Positions 28,658 to 38,532 of a stretch of DNA of 64,000 nucleotides are shown piece after piece. Source of the stretch: Spirochaetaceae bacterium (GTDB lineage: Bacteria; Spirochaetota; Spirochaetia; DSM-2461); assembly GCA_051531975.1 (NCBI GenBank), contig JAOPTT010000002.1, positions 249,968 to 313,967 on the forward strand, given 5' to 3'. The position numbers and the translations under genes were made by a program. Each line of letters opens with the position of its first letter. The stretch's first letter is position 1. Under the pieces are notes generated by a model. The model ran no database searches. It had not been told where the DNA came from and saw only the letters and a program-made list of their open reading frames with translations.

Positions 28658-30007
28658 ATGATAGAAGAATCAATAGAGTTTAAAAACAGACTAATAAAAA
28701 TAGCAATACCAATTATGTTAAGTAAATTTTTATCATCATCTATATCTTTAGTTGATAATATTATGATCGGAAGCCTTGGGGAGATTCCTATTGCCGGAGT
28801 CTCTCTAGCTAACGAGTTTACCTTTATATTCATGATTTTAGTAAGCAGTACCAGTTCTGGGGCATCTATATTTATTGCCCAGTACTGGGGTAAAAAAGAT
28901 CTAAAAAGTATTCATAGTTTTATGGGGATATGTTACCGGATATCCTTAACTATTTCTCTTATATTTTTTATAGGTTCAAGCTTCTTCCCCATGGAACTAC
29001 TCTCTTTTTACTCCAAGGATATAGATGTACTAAATACAGGTGCTAATTATCTGAAAATAATATCTTTAACATTCCCACTTAGTGCAATCTCTATAACAAT
29101 ATCTAGTACCCTCCGGAGTACAGAAAGGGTAAAAACCCCTTTAATAGTTTCTACTGGGGCAATAATTTTAAACTCCATACTTAACCTACTTCTAATTCAT
29201 GGTATAGGTATCTTCCCAGAACTTGGTGTAACTGGTGCAGCTATTGCGACACTGATTTCTAAAGCTCTGGAAACCTTAACAATAGTAATTATAGCTTATT
29301 ATAAGAAAACCCAGGCTGCTACTCCTTTAAAGGACCTATTACATATACCAAAAACATTCTGGAATAAATATTTAAAAACCTCATTCCCTGTAATTATAAA
29401 TAATTTTGGTTGGGCTGCAGGTATGACAATCTGTATATCTGTTTATAGCAGAATGGGAATAGAGAGCATTACATCTTATAAAATATCAGCAGTTATTATG
29501 GATCTGTTTTTTGTCATCATCACCGCCTCGGCAAATGCATCTGCAATAGTATTAGGAAATATTATAGGGACTGGTGATTTTCAAAAAGCGCAACGTTATG
29601 GAAAAAGGTTTCTAAAGTTATCTATAATCATGGCTATAATTCTTGGAATAATAGTTGCCAGCCTATCTTCTACAATTCCAAACATGTTTAACGTTAGCCA
29701 ATCAATAAAAGATAATAGTAGGATTATTTTATTAATTTTTTCAGTCTTTCTAATTTTTAAAGGCATCAATAATCACCTCATTACAGGCTTTTTTAGTTCT
29801 GGTGGAGATACATTTGTATCAATGTTATTAAACACCCTTGGTATTTGGTTCTGGGCAGTACCAATTAGTATCTTTTCTGGATTGTATTTATCACTACCAA
29901 TCTACTATGTATTTGCCTTAGTTTGCCTAGAAGAGATAATAAAAGCCTTATTTGCAGTTCCACGTTTTAGATCAGGTAAGTGGATAAAAGAAATAATTTC
30001 AAACTAG
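28658..30007 (+). CDS. MATE-family transporter
   Basis: About 12 TM segments; VDNIMIGSLG, AQYWG, GVTGAAIAT, RFRSGKW. Confidence 0.92.
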   Translation: MIEESIEFKNRLIKIAIPIMLSKFLSSSISLVDNIMIGSLGEIPIAGVSLANEFTFIFMILVSSTSSGASIFIAQYWGKKDLKSIHSFMGICYRISLTISLIFFIGSSFFPMELLSFYSKDIDVLNTGANYLKIISLTFPLSAISITISSTLRSTERVKTPLIVSTGAIILNSILNLLLIHGIGIFPELGVTGAAIATLISKALETLTIVIIAYYKKTQAATPLKDLLHIPKTFWNKYLKTSFPVIINNFGWAAGMTICISVYSRMGIESITSYKISAVIMDLFFVIITASANASAIVLGNIIGTGDFQKAQRYGKRFLKLSIIMAIILGIIVASLSSTIPNMFNVSQSIKDNSRIILLIFSVFLIFKGINNHLITGFFSSGGDTFVSMLLNTLGIWFWAVPISIFSGLYLSLPIYYVFALVCLEEIIKALFAVPRFRSGKWIKEIISN

Positions 30008-30170
30008 CAGTCTGTCGGACTTGATGCTTACAAGGATATTTGCAGAGATTTTTGTTCTATTTGAGGCGTGAATGAGGAGAATATTTCCAATATTTGACAA
30101 TTGAACAACGAAAAATAGGGCAAAAAGATCAAAAATAGACTGTAATTGATTAAGTCCGACAGGCTGCTAG
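30004..30170. mobile_element. MITE-like non-autonomous element / long imperfect palindrome
   Basis: CTAG-CAGTCTGTCGGACTT...AAGTCCGACAGGCTG-CTAG (14/15 terminal inverted repeat, CTAG on both sides), internal inverted repeats, no ORF. Confidence 0.7.
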
Positions 30171-30320
30171 AACTATCAAATACATATGACACCTATCAAA
30201 ACTATAGATAAAGTGCCCATTTCTATTAAATTGATAATTCACTTTTATATTGTTAGTTGCTGGAATCTGGATTGGGGATGAATATGAAACATCGATTATT
30301 ACTTAAGGAGAACAGACTAT

Positions 30321-31217
30321 ATGAATAAAAAGTACGGTACGTTATTACTAATGGCAATCCCGGGAGTACTATATTTTATTATCTTTCATTACATACCTAT
30401 GACAGGTATAGTTTTGGCATTTAAAAACTTTCATGCAGCTAAAGGGATCTTCGGCTCTCCATGGGTTGGCTTTGACAATTTCAAGTTCCTTGTTATATCA
30501 GGAACCCTAGGAAGAGTTACTCTGAATACAATAGGTTACAACATAGTTTTTTATCTAACTAATGATGTATTAGCAGTAATTATAGCTATCTTTATTTCTG
30601 AAATGACTAAAAGATCACACCAGAAGTTTTTTCAATCCCTATTGTTCCTTCCATACTTTATGTCCTATGTAATTATGGGGGTTATAGCGTATAACTTAAT
30701 GAATTATGAGTATGGTGTTTTAAATAATATCATTACTTCTCTGGGGTTTGCACCGGTGGACTTCTATAATAAACCCGGATTCTGGCCATATATAATTCCA
30801 CTTTTTAATATCTGGAAGTGGGTTGGTTATACATCCATTATCTATATGGCTGCAATAGTTGGTATAGATCAGTCCCAGTTTGAAGCTGCCAAAATAGATG
30901 GTGCCAATATATGGGATATTATCAGACACATTATTCTTCCCGAGCTTATTCCTACTTTTGTAATTCTATTCCTTTTTAGAGTTGGACAGATGATGCGTGG
31001 ACAGTTCGATCTTTTTTACAACCTTGTAGGTAATAACAGTCCAATATACGAATCAACTGATGTTATTGATACTTTTGTATTCCGTGCTCTTGTTAATAAT
31101 TTTGATATTGGTATAGGTTCAGCAACCGGTGTCTATCAATCTGTTTTTGGTTTGATTCTTATACTTTCAATTAACGCTTTTGTTAAACGTATCAATGCTG
31201 ATAACGCACTGTTTTAG
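30321..31217 (+). CDS. Oligosaccharide ABC permease (LplB-like)
   Basis: YIPM.G...AFK, SPWVGFDNF, EAAKIDGA, DVIDTFV. Confidence 0.92.
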   Translation: MNKKYGTLLLMAIPGVLYFIIFHYIPMTGIVLAFKNFHAAKGIFGSPWVGFDNFKFLVISGTLGRVTLNTIGYNIVFYLTNDVLAVIIAIFISEMTKRSHQKFFQSLLFLPYFMSYVIMGVIAYNLMNYEYGVLNNIITSLGFAPVDFYNKPGFWPYIIPLFNIWKWVGYTSIIYMAAIVGIDQSQFEAAKIDGANIWDIIRHIILPELIPTFVILFLFRVGQMMRGQFDLFYNLVGNNSPIYESTDVIDTFVFRALVNNFDIGIGSATGVYQSVFGLILILSINAFVKRINADNALF

Positions 31218-31226
31218 GAGATTAAA

Positions 31227-32123
31227 ATGATTAATACAATTAGTAAAAAAGATCCACAGGAAATTGCATTTAAAGTTATAAGTTATTCAGTTGTAACTAT
31301 CCTTGCTCTGTTTTGTGTTATTCCGATAGTTTTGATTGTTTCTGCATCTTTTTCATCAGAAGAATCAATATTCAAATATGGGTATTCTCTATTTCCTAAA
31401 GAGTTCTCCCTGGAAGCATATAAGTTAATATTTAAAGCCCCTGAAGGTTTGATAAGTGCTTATGTCGTTACCATTTTTATTACAACAGTTGGTACCTTAC
31501 TTGGACTTATTGTTACAAGTATGACAGCGTATGTAATCTGGAGAAAGGATTTTAAATTCAGAGCCCAGTTAGCATTTTTTATCTACTTTACAAGTATTTT
31601 CTCTGGTGGTTTAGTTCCAGGTTATATATGGATAGTTAAATACCTAGAATTAAAAAACACTTTATGGGTTTTAATGTTACCAAACTTAACAAATGCCTGG
31701 AATATTATGATATTCAGATCTTACCTGAATAATACTCCAAACTCCCTAATTGAAGCGGCTAAAATTGATGGTGCTGGGGATTTTAGAGTCTATCTGCAAA
31801 TTGTAATGCCGATAGCAGTACCTGGTTTAGCAGTAGTTGGAATGTTTCAGGCACTGTACTACTGGAATGACTGGTCTCTGGCAAAACTATACATAGATGA
31901 AGCCGGTAAATTTCCACTTCAATTTTTCCTATACCAACTTTTAAACAACCTTCAAGCAATGCAAAAGTCAATTTCAGGTGCTGGTATTCCAATTCCGGAT
32001 CTACCATCCCAAACACTTAAAATGGCTATGACGCTGCTTGTTGCAACACCAGTATTTTTTGTTTTCCCTTTTGTTCAGAAATTTTTAGTAAAAGGGATTT
32101 CAGTAGGTTCAGTTAAAGGCTGA
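31227..32123 (+). CDS. Oligosaccharide ABC permease (LplC-like)
   Basis: FSGGLVP, EAAKIDGA, WNDW, ends GSVKG. Confidence 0.92.
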   Translation: MINTISKKDPQEIAFKVISYSVVTILALFCVIPIVLIVSASFSSEESIFKYGYSLFPKEFSLEAYKLIFKAPEGLISAYVVTIFITTVGTLLGLIVTSMTAYVIWRKDFKFRAQLAFFIYFTSIFSGGLVPGYIWIVKYLELKNTLWVLMLPNLTNAWNIMIFRSYLNNTPNSLIEAAKIDGAGDFRVYLQIVMPIAVPGLAVVGMFQALYYWNDWSLAKLYIDEAGKFPLQFFLYQLLNNLQAMQKSISGAGIPIPDLPSQTLKMAMTLLVATPVFFVFPFVQKFLVKGISVGSVKG

Positions 32124-32166
32124 TTAGTTTAATCAGTTTATATATAATAAATAAGGAGATTTTTTT

Positions 32167-33696
32167 ATGAAAAAAACACTACTACTATTAATTTTTTCAT
32201 TAACAACAATTTTTGTCTTTGCAGGTAACAATGCAGAAAAAGAGGCAATTGAAAAGACAACAGAGTTAAGCATGTATCTTTTAGGTGATACAGTTGCTGA
32301 CTATCCAATGATGTTAGAAGAGTTAAATGTTTTAATGGAAAACGATATTAACGCAACGTTAGATGTTAAGTTTACCACATGGGTAGATTGGCAGACAAAA
32401 CTTAGACTAATTTTAGCTTCAGGGGAAAAAGTTGACCTTATGCATATGGCTCCATGGGGTATCTATTCTGAGCAGGCTCAGTCAGGAAACCTATTGGACT
32501 TAAGTGAACTTGGTCCTATACATGCTCCGGAAACATGGGCAAGTTATTCTGAAGAAGTTTTAAAACAGGCTGAAGTAAATGGCGGAATTTATATGATGCC
32601 TTTCAACTATGTTGAACCTACAGGACAAGGAATAGTTTATAGAAAAGATCTTGCAAAAAAATATGGAATGGACGAAATTAATTCTGCAGATTCTTTATAT
32701 AACTTTTTAAAGTCTGTAAAAGAGAACGAAGATATGATTCCGTATAACGCAGGTGAATTTGACTTAGCGATATGGAGTACTTTCACAGCTATGTTTCCTA
32801 CAGATACACCTTACGCATCTAAGGGGATTCTATATGAATCTGATGGTGGTGTAGGTGCTTATATCGATTATGGCAACCCAGAAGAAATTTTATATGATTT
32901 TGAGGAAAAGCCTTTTAGATCCACTATGGAATTCTTTAATAAACTGTATACTGAGGAGCTTATAACTAGAAATGTTCTTTCAAATACTGTTGGTTCAAGA
33001 GATGCTTTTATAGCAGGTAAAAGTGCAATAACTTGTCTAAATCCTCTTAATGCAAATGAGCAATACCAAAAATTAAGTGAGTCACATCCTGATTGGGAAT
33101 TAGGATTATGGATGCCTCAAACTTTGATGAATGCTCTTGAAAAACCACCAGCAATTAACAATGGTTTATCAATTCCTGTGTCATCTGAAAATCCTATTAA
33201 AGCTCTTAAGTTAATTGAGAAGCTTCACCAGGACCAGAAATACCACGATTTAACAACTTATGGAATTAGAGGTGTACATTGGGACTTAGATGAAAATGAT
33301 CAGCTTGTTATGCCAGAAGGTTTAAGCCTTGACGATTCAGGATTTCCATGGGATCAACCGTGTCCATGGGGTTGGAGAGAAGCTAAGTTTTATAGATTAA
33401 ATCCTCTTACATCTGCAGCAATGTGGGATGAAGTTAGAGATACGCAAACTGATTTACAAAAAAAATTAGTTGATGCCAAGTGGACTACATTCATATTTGA
33501 TAGATCCAGCGTAAGTACAGAAATTTCTGCACTTAATACGGTTAGATCAGGAACATTTAGAGGTCTTGCCTGGGGAATATTAGATACTGAAGATGAGTAT
33601 GCCGAATTAGTTCAGGATTATAAAGATGCCGGAATTGATACAGTAAAAGCAGAACTTCAAAAACAGTGGTCAGCATACCTTAAAGAGAATAAATAA
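32167..33696 (+). CDS. Oligosaccharide ABC solute-binding protein (LplA/DUF3502-like)
   Basis: Signal peptide, LASGE.VDL, YRKDL, YGI.G.HW, AGID.V..ELQKQ. Confidence 0.9.
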   Translation: MKKTLLLLIFSLTTIFVFAGNNAEKEAIEKTTELSMYLLGDTVADYPMMLEELNVLMENDINATLDVKFTTWVDWQTKLRLILASGEKVDLMHMAPWGIYSEQAQSGNLLDLSELGPIHAPETWASYSEEVLKQAEVNGGIYMMPFNYVEPTGQGIVYRKDLAKKYGMDEINSADSLYNFLKSVKENEDMIPYNAGEFDLAIWSTFTAMFPTDTPYASKGILYESDGGVGAYIDYGNPEEILYDFEEKPFRSTMEFFNKLYTEELITRNVLSNTVGSRDAFIAGKSAITCLNPLNANEQYQKLSESHPDWELGLWMPQTLMNALEKPPAINNGLSIPVSSENPIKALKLIEKLHQDQKYHDLTTYGIRGVHWDLDENDQLVMPEGLSLDDSGFPWDQPCPWGWREAKFYRLNPLTSAAMWDEVRDTQTDLQKKLVDAKWTTFIFDRSSVSTEISALNTVRSGTFRGLAWGILDTEDEYAELVQDYKDAGIDTVKAELQKQWSAYLKENK

Positions 33697-33703
33697 TAGA
33701 AAT

Positions 33704-33733
33704 AAAGGGTCGGTGGTTTATCGACCCTTTTTA
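33704..33733 (+). terminator. Intrinsic terminator
   Basis: AAAGGGTCGGT-GGTTT-ATCGACCCTTT followed by Ts. Confidence 0.85.
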
Positions 33734-33805
33734 TGTTAAGTATTAATTCAGTGGTTTAATAAAGTATGGTATGTTAAAATTGTATCTATTAAATTGGAGG
33801 TTTTA

Positions 33806-35989
33806 GTGTTAAAAAAAATACCAATGCTTACTAGAATATTTATTCTAATAACATTGATTCTATCTATAACTACTATATTTAATACTGGAATTGTTCTCTA
33901 CTTCGTCGAGAAAAACATTGTTAATAAAGTTATAGAATCAGAAAAACAAAATTTAAAAAGATCCGCCTACTCTGTAGAACTACTGATGAAAGAAGCAAAT
34001 AATCTAGCACGGCATATAAATACAAACTTAAATATAAGAAAGATTTTATATAATACAACAATTCACCCTTTAGACATATCTTACGGAGTAAATGCACTTA
34101 GAAATTTCCAAGACCTTACAGGAAAAATTCACTCTATATATATTTTTAACAGTAAAACAGATCAGATCTATTACACAGGGGACAACCTAAAAATCAAGTC
34201 TAGTTTTAACAAAGAAAAATTTTTTGATACCTTATATATGTTAGAGTCAATTAATGGTGGTAAAGTTAATAATCTATATCCACACAGGCGTATTTTAATG
34301 GAGTATAACTACATATCAGATAGACTGGAACCAACAGATGTATATACTTTTTTATATAGTTATAGCCATCACAATAACTATGAAGATTCAAGTTTAATTG
34401 TTATCAACATATCCCTAAAGTGGTTAAAAGATTCAATCTTATTTCTAGACCAATCCCCACAACACAAACTTGAAGTTTTAGATATGGATAAAAATCCAAT
34501 ATTAGATGAATTTAAAAATAGAGAAAAATATGCAGAACTATATAATAACTTACCACAGGAAGAAGAATTTATTCTCAAAGATATTTCAGTAGAAAATGGA
34601 TCAAAAAATTATGTTATTGGATTAGAATCTCCTTTTCTAAAAAAGTGGTATTTCCTTAAATTTATTGACATAAAATCAGTCTTAAACGAAACCGATATAA
34701 TAAGAAAAACAGTTTTAATTATAGCCTTAAGTGTTCTACTTACAATGGTAATATTTACATGGTTTTCTATCAAAACAATAAAAAGGCCAATTGATGATAT
34801 TATACATAGATCAGAGCTGATGGTTTTAAACGAAGAAGTAGATGTACAAACTATTCAACAAGCAAAACTAAAAACACTTATTGATTTTTACCAAGACTTT
34901 CCTAAACAAGAAGTTGATAGAATACTATTTAGATGTAATGAAAAATTTATGTCTAACCAAGACTTTTTTCTCCTATTTTTACACTCTAAAGAGATAGAAA
35001 ACAAAATAACATTACAGGCAGCAGAGAATTTCTTTAAAGCAGAGTTTCATGCTGTTAGTTTTTTAAGAACAAAGCCAGGTTGCTTAACAATTATTATCCA
35101 AGATTCCAAATTACATAGCGGAAGTTTATTAACTAACATAAAGGACAATTACCAATTTGCTGGTGATATTTTCTTAGAAAAGGGAAACATCATATATTAT
35201 CCCAATCGGCATTCCCTAAAAGACCTCGGAGAGTCTATCCAAGTAGCCATGGATTTAATGCCCTATGTAAAATGTTTTGACTATAAGGGATCAGTAGATA
35301 TAAATACTTTAATTGATCAAAACAATAACCATGGGATATACCCTTTAGAAACAGAAAAAAAAATATTAAAGGCCTTGATTGGGAACAAAACTTCAGAGAT
35401 GTTAGTATCTTCAAATAATTTTTTAGATTCTATAAAGGATTGTAATATCAGGTTTTATTATAGATCTATGAATAGAATAATAAGATCAATATACGAACAG
35501 TTAAGAAATATAAATCCACTTATTACAAGACACATGAATCTGCCTAACCTAGATACTCTTCTGAATTCATTAAACAGTTATAGTAGTTTTAATGAACAAA
35601 AAGAGTTCATAACAGCATTTATAGAGAAAGCATTAATCGTTAAATCTGATATAACTGACATTAAGGATGATACCCAGATTAACAAAATTATATCTTATAT
35701 CATCAATAATTATGATAATAGTGGTCTAGGTAGCCAAATGATTGCGGACTATATAAAGCTAAATCCAACATACCTACAGAGTCTATTTAAAAAAGAGACA
35801 AAAGTATCTCTACACGAATATATTAATAACTACCGTCTTAAAAAATCTGTCCAGTTATTAGAATCAACATCTCTGCCTATAAAAGATATTTTACACCAGA
35901 TCGGTTATACCAATGAGCAGAGCTTTTTTAGACTATTTAAAAAAGAATACAATACGACTCCTACCCAATTTCGAAATAGATTAAAATAA
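33806..35989 (+). CDS. Membrane-bound one-component AraC regulator with extracytoplasmic sensor
   Basis: Two TM segments flanking a sensor region; C-terminal AraC HTH (F.RLFKKEY..TP.QFR); GTG 33806 follows GGAGG. Confidence 0.85.
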   Translation: MLKKIPMLTRIFILITLILSITTIFNTGIVLYFVEKNIVNKVIESEKQNLKRSAYSVELLMKEANNLARHINTNLNIRKILYNTTIHPLDISYGVNALRNFQDLTGKIHSIYIFNSKTDQIYYTGDNLKIKSSFNKEKFFDTLYMLESINGGKVNNLYPHRRILMEYNYISDRLEPTDVYTFLYSYSHHNNYEDSSLIVINISLKWLKDSILFLDQSPQHKLEVLDMDKNPILDEFKNREKYAELYNNLPQEEEFILKDISVENGSKNYVIGLESPFLKKWYFLKFIDIKSVLNETDIIRKTVLIIALSVLLTMVIFTWFSIKTIKRPIDDIIHRSELMVLNEEVDVQTIQQAKLKTLIDFYQDFPKQEVDRILFRCNEKFMSNQDFFLLFLHSKEIENKITLQAAENFFKAEFHAVSFLRTKPGCLTIIIQDSKLHSGSLLTNIKDNYQFAGDIFLEKGNIIYYPNRHSLKDLGESIQVAMDLMPYVKCFDYKGSVDINTLIDQNNNHGIYPLETEKKILKALIGNKTSEMLVSSNNFLDSIKDCNIRFYYRSMNRIIRSIYEQLRNINPLITRHMNLPNLDTLLNSLNSYSSFNEQKEFITAFIEKALIVKSDITDIKDDTQINKIISYIINNYDNSGLGSQMIADYIKLNPTYLQSLFKKETKVSLHEYINNYRLKKSVQLLESTSLPIKDILHQIGYTNEQSFFRLFKKEYNTTPTQFRNRLK

Positions 35990-36001
35990 CTCTGTTGTTC
36001 C

Positions 36002-36032
36002 TTGACTTTAACCTAAGGTCAAGGACTAAACT
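36002..36032 (+). promoter_or_regulatory. MerR-type promoter with 19-bp spacer and dyad
   Basis: TTGACT-19 nt-TAAACT containing the imperfect dyad CTTTAACCT-A-AGGTCAAGG. Confidence 0.75.
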
Positions 36033-36061
36033 ATAATTAACCCCGGGGAAAAGGAGTACCA

Positions 36062-36865
36062 ATGTATTCAATTGGTGAGTTTTCGAAGATTAACAGAATT
36101 ACAACAAAAACCTTACGACATTACGACAAAATTGGACTGTTAAAACCTAACAGAACCGATGACTGGACTGGATATAGATATTATAGCCCAGATCAGTTAG
36201 TGGTTATTAGAAAGATATTAATGCTAAAGGATTTAGGTTTCTCTCTATTAGAAATAGAGGAACTGATAAGTGGTACAAAGCCATTTAAACAGAGTCTAGA
36301 GCAAAAAATATTAAAGTTAGAAGAACAAGTAATCCAGAGTCAAAGTAGGTTAAGTAGTGCTGTTAATTATCTTAAAAGTCTGAATAAGGGAGAAGTTATG
36401 GACAGAGAAGTAGTTATTAAAAGTTTACCAGAAGTAATAGTAGCCTCAATGAGAACTGTGGTACCAAATTACGCCAGTTATTTTGATATAGTCCCAAAGA
36501 TGGGAGAGTATATGACCAGTGTTGGAGCAGTTTGTTCAGAACCAGCATACTGTTTCACAATCTACCACGATGGAGAGTATAAAGAGGCAGATATCGATGT
36601 TGAAGTTTGTGAAGCTGTAACAAAACATTGTAAAGAGTCAGATAAAGTTAAGTTTAAACAGATAGATTCAGTTAAAAAAGCTGCATGTTTAGGCCATAAA
36701 GGTCCATATAAAACAATAGAACAGAGTTATAGCCAGGTATTTGAATGGATAAATGCAAATGGCTATAAAGTTGCTGATAATCCTAGAGAATCTTATATCG
36801 ATGGAATCTGGAACAAAGAGAACCCAGAGGATTGGTTAACAGAAATCCAAATACCTCTAGTATAA
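36062..36865 (+). CDS. MerR-family regulator with GyrI-like effector domain
   Basis: YSIGEFS, TLRHYDKIGLL, TGYRYY; HKGPY, PRESY, TEIQIP. Confidence 0.93.
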   Translation: MYSIGEFSKINRITTKTLRHYDKIGLLKPNRTDDWTGYRYYSPDQLVVIRKILMLKDLGFSLLEIEELISGTKPFKQSLEQKILKLEEQVIQSQSRLSSAVNYLKSLNKGEVMDREVVIKSLPEVIVASMRTVVPNYASYFDIVPKMGEYMTSVGAVCSEPAYCFTIYHDGEYKEADIDVEVCEAVTKHCKESDKVKFKQIDSVKKAACLGHKGPYKTIEQSYSQVFEWINANGYKVADNPRESYIDGIWNKENPEDWLTEIQIPLV

Positions 36866-36980
36866 AACATAAAACCGTCTACTGATAATTTAACTTTTAA
36901 ACTTACCAGTAGATTTCCTTGACACAATACGATCATAAATGAATAATAAAACCATATATGACCGTCAAGGAGTTTTTGAT

Positions 36981-38531
36981 ATGAAAAATAAGAATGTACT
37001 ATTCATCACTAGTGACCAACAACACTGGTATACTTTAGGGTATTTAAATAAAGAGGTAAAAACTCCAAACCTTGATAGATTAGCAAAAATGGGTACATCA
37101 TTTCACAGAGCATATACTCCAAATCCAACCTGCACACCAACAAGAGCAAGTTGGATTACCGGACTTTACCCTAGCCAACACGGTTCATATAGTTTAGGAA
37201 CTAAATTAATGGAAGACGTTAAAACAGTTGGGGATGATTTTATAGAAAATGGTTATGCCACTGGACTTGTTGGTAAAGCACACTTTCAACCTTTATTACA
37301 AACCGACGAATTCTCATCCTTAGAGTGTTACCCTCTTTTACACGACCTAAACTATTGGAAGAAATTTAATGATAAGTTTTATGGTTTTCAAGATGTTGAA
37401 TTAGCAAGAAACCATACAGACGAATCCCATGCCGGTCAACACTACGCCTTATGGATGATAGAGAAAGGGTATACAAACTGGAGAGATTATTTTTTACCAA
37501 ATCAGCCAGGACAGACAATAGAAGGTGATCCATTAACAGAATCTCCTCATACAGCTAGAAAACCAGGACAATCCTGGGATATACCAGAAGAGATTCATTA
37601 CAATACCTGGATTGCTGAAAGAACAAATTCACTTATGGAAAAATATAAAAAGCAGGATAAAAACTTCTTTTTATGGGCTAGTTTTTTTGACCCACATCCA
37701 CAATATATGGTTCCAGAACCATACGCATCAATGTACGATCCTAAAGAAGTTACAGTTCCACAAATGACACCAGGTGAATTTGATGATAAACCTCCTTATT
37801 TTAAATATTCACAACAAGAAAATGTCGATTGGTCAGAGTTCCAAGAAGAAGGTGGAAATGGGATTCACGGTTCAGGATGTCATCTAAAATCCGAGGATGA
37901 TAAAGCAAAAAATATTGCTATGATGTATGGTATGATGACGATGTTAGATAAATACATTGGTAAAATTTTAGATAAGTTAGATGATTTAGGATTAACAGAA
38001 AATACATTAGTATGTTTTACTACGGATCATGGAGATTTCTGGGGGCAACATGGGCTAACTGAAAAAGCTATACACCACTACGAGGACCTTCTTAAAGTTC
38101 CAATGATAGTTAGCCAACCCGGAACTGTTCCTCAGGATAAAATATCAGGGTCTCTTCAATCAACCGTCGATGTAGCACCAAGTTTTTTAAGTGCTGCAGG
38201 GTTAGAAGTACCTAAAAGAATGAGTGGAATAGACCAAACACCTGTATGGTTTGGGGAAAAAGATACTATTAGAGATCATGTAATAGTAGAAAACCAACAC
38301 CAACCAACTAAAATGAACCTAAGAACATATATAAACGAACAGTATAAGATTACAATTCATTATGGACAGGAATATGGGGAAATATACGATCTTAAAAATG
38401 ATTCAGGAGAACTCACAAACCTTTGGGATATTCCAGGATGTCAAAAGTTAAAACAGGAACTGCTGCTAAAGTTTATGTATGCAGAAATGGCTAAAGATCC
38501 ACTACAAATGCCAAGAATATCAGGAGCTTAA
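36981..38531 (+). CDS. Sulfatase (formylglycine-dependent, Cys type)
   Basis: NVLFITSDQ, CTPTRAS (CxPxR), GKAH, DPH, TDHG; ATG 36981 follows AGGAG. Confidence 0.93.
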   Translation: MKNKNVLFITSDQQHWYTLGYLNKEVKTPNLDRLAKMGTSFHRAYTPNPTCTPTRASWITGLYPSQHGSYSLGTKLMEDVKTVGDDFIENGYATGLVGKAHFQPLLQTDEFSSLECYPLLHDLNYWKKFNDKFYGFQDVELARNHTDESHAGQHYALWMIEKGYTNWRDYFLPNQPGQTIEGDPLTESPHTARKPGQSWDIPEEIHYNTWIAERTNSLMEKYKKQDKNFFLWASFFDPHPQYMVPEPYASMYDPKEVTVPQMTPGEFDDKPPYFKYSQQENVDWSEFQEEGGNGIHGSGCHLKSEDDKAKNIAMMYGMMTMLDKYIGKILDKLDDLGLTENTLVCFTTDHGDFWGQHGLTEKAIHHYEDLLKVPMIVSQPGTVPQDKISGSLQSTVDVAPSFLSAAGLEVPKRMSGIDQTPVWFGEKDTIRDHVIVENQHQPTKMNLRTYINEQYKITIHYGQEYGEIYDLKNDSGELTNLWDIPGCQKLKQELLLKFMYAEMAKDPLQMPRISGA

Positions 38532-38532
38532 A

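Noticed and set aside
30173..30200. Direct repeat CTATCAAA x2 upstream of the ABC operon
   Set aside because: Could be an AraC site, but 8-bp AT-rich repeats are too likely by chance to call
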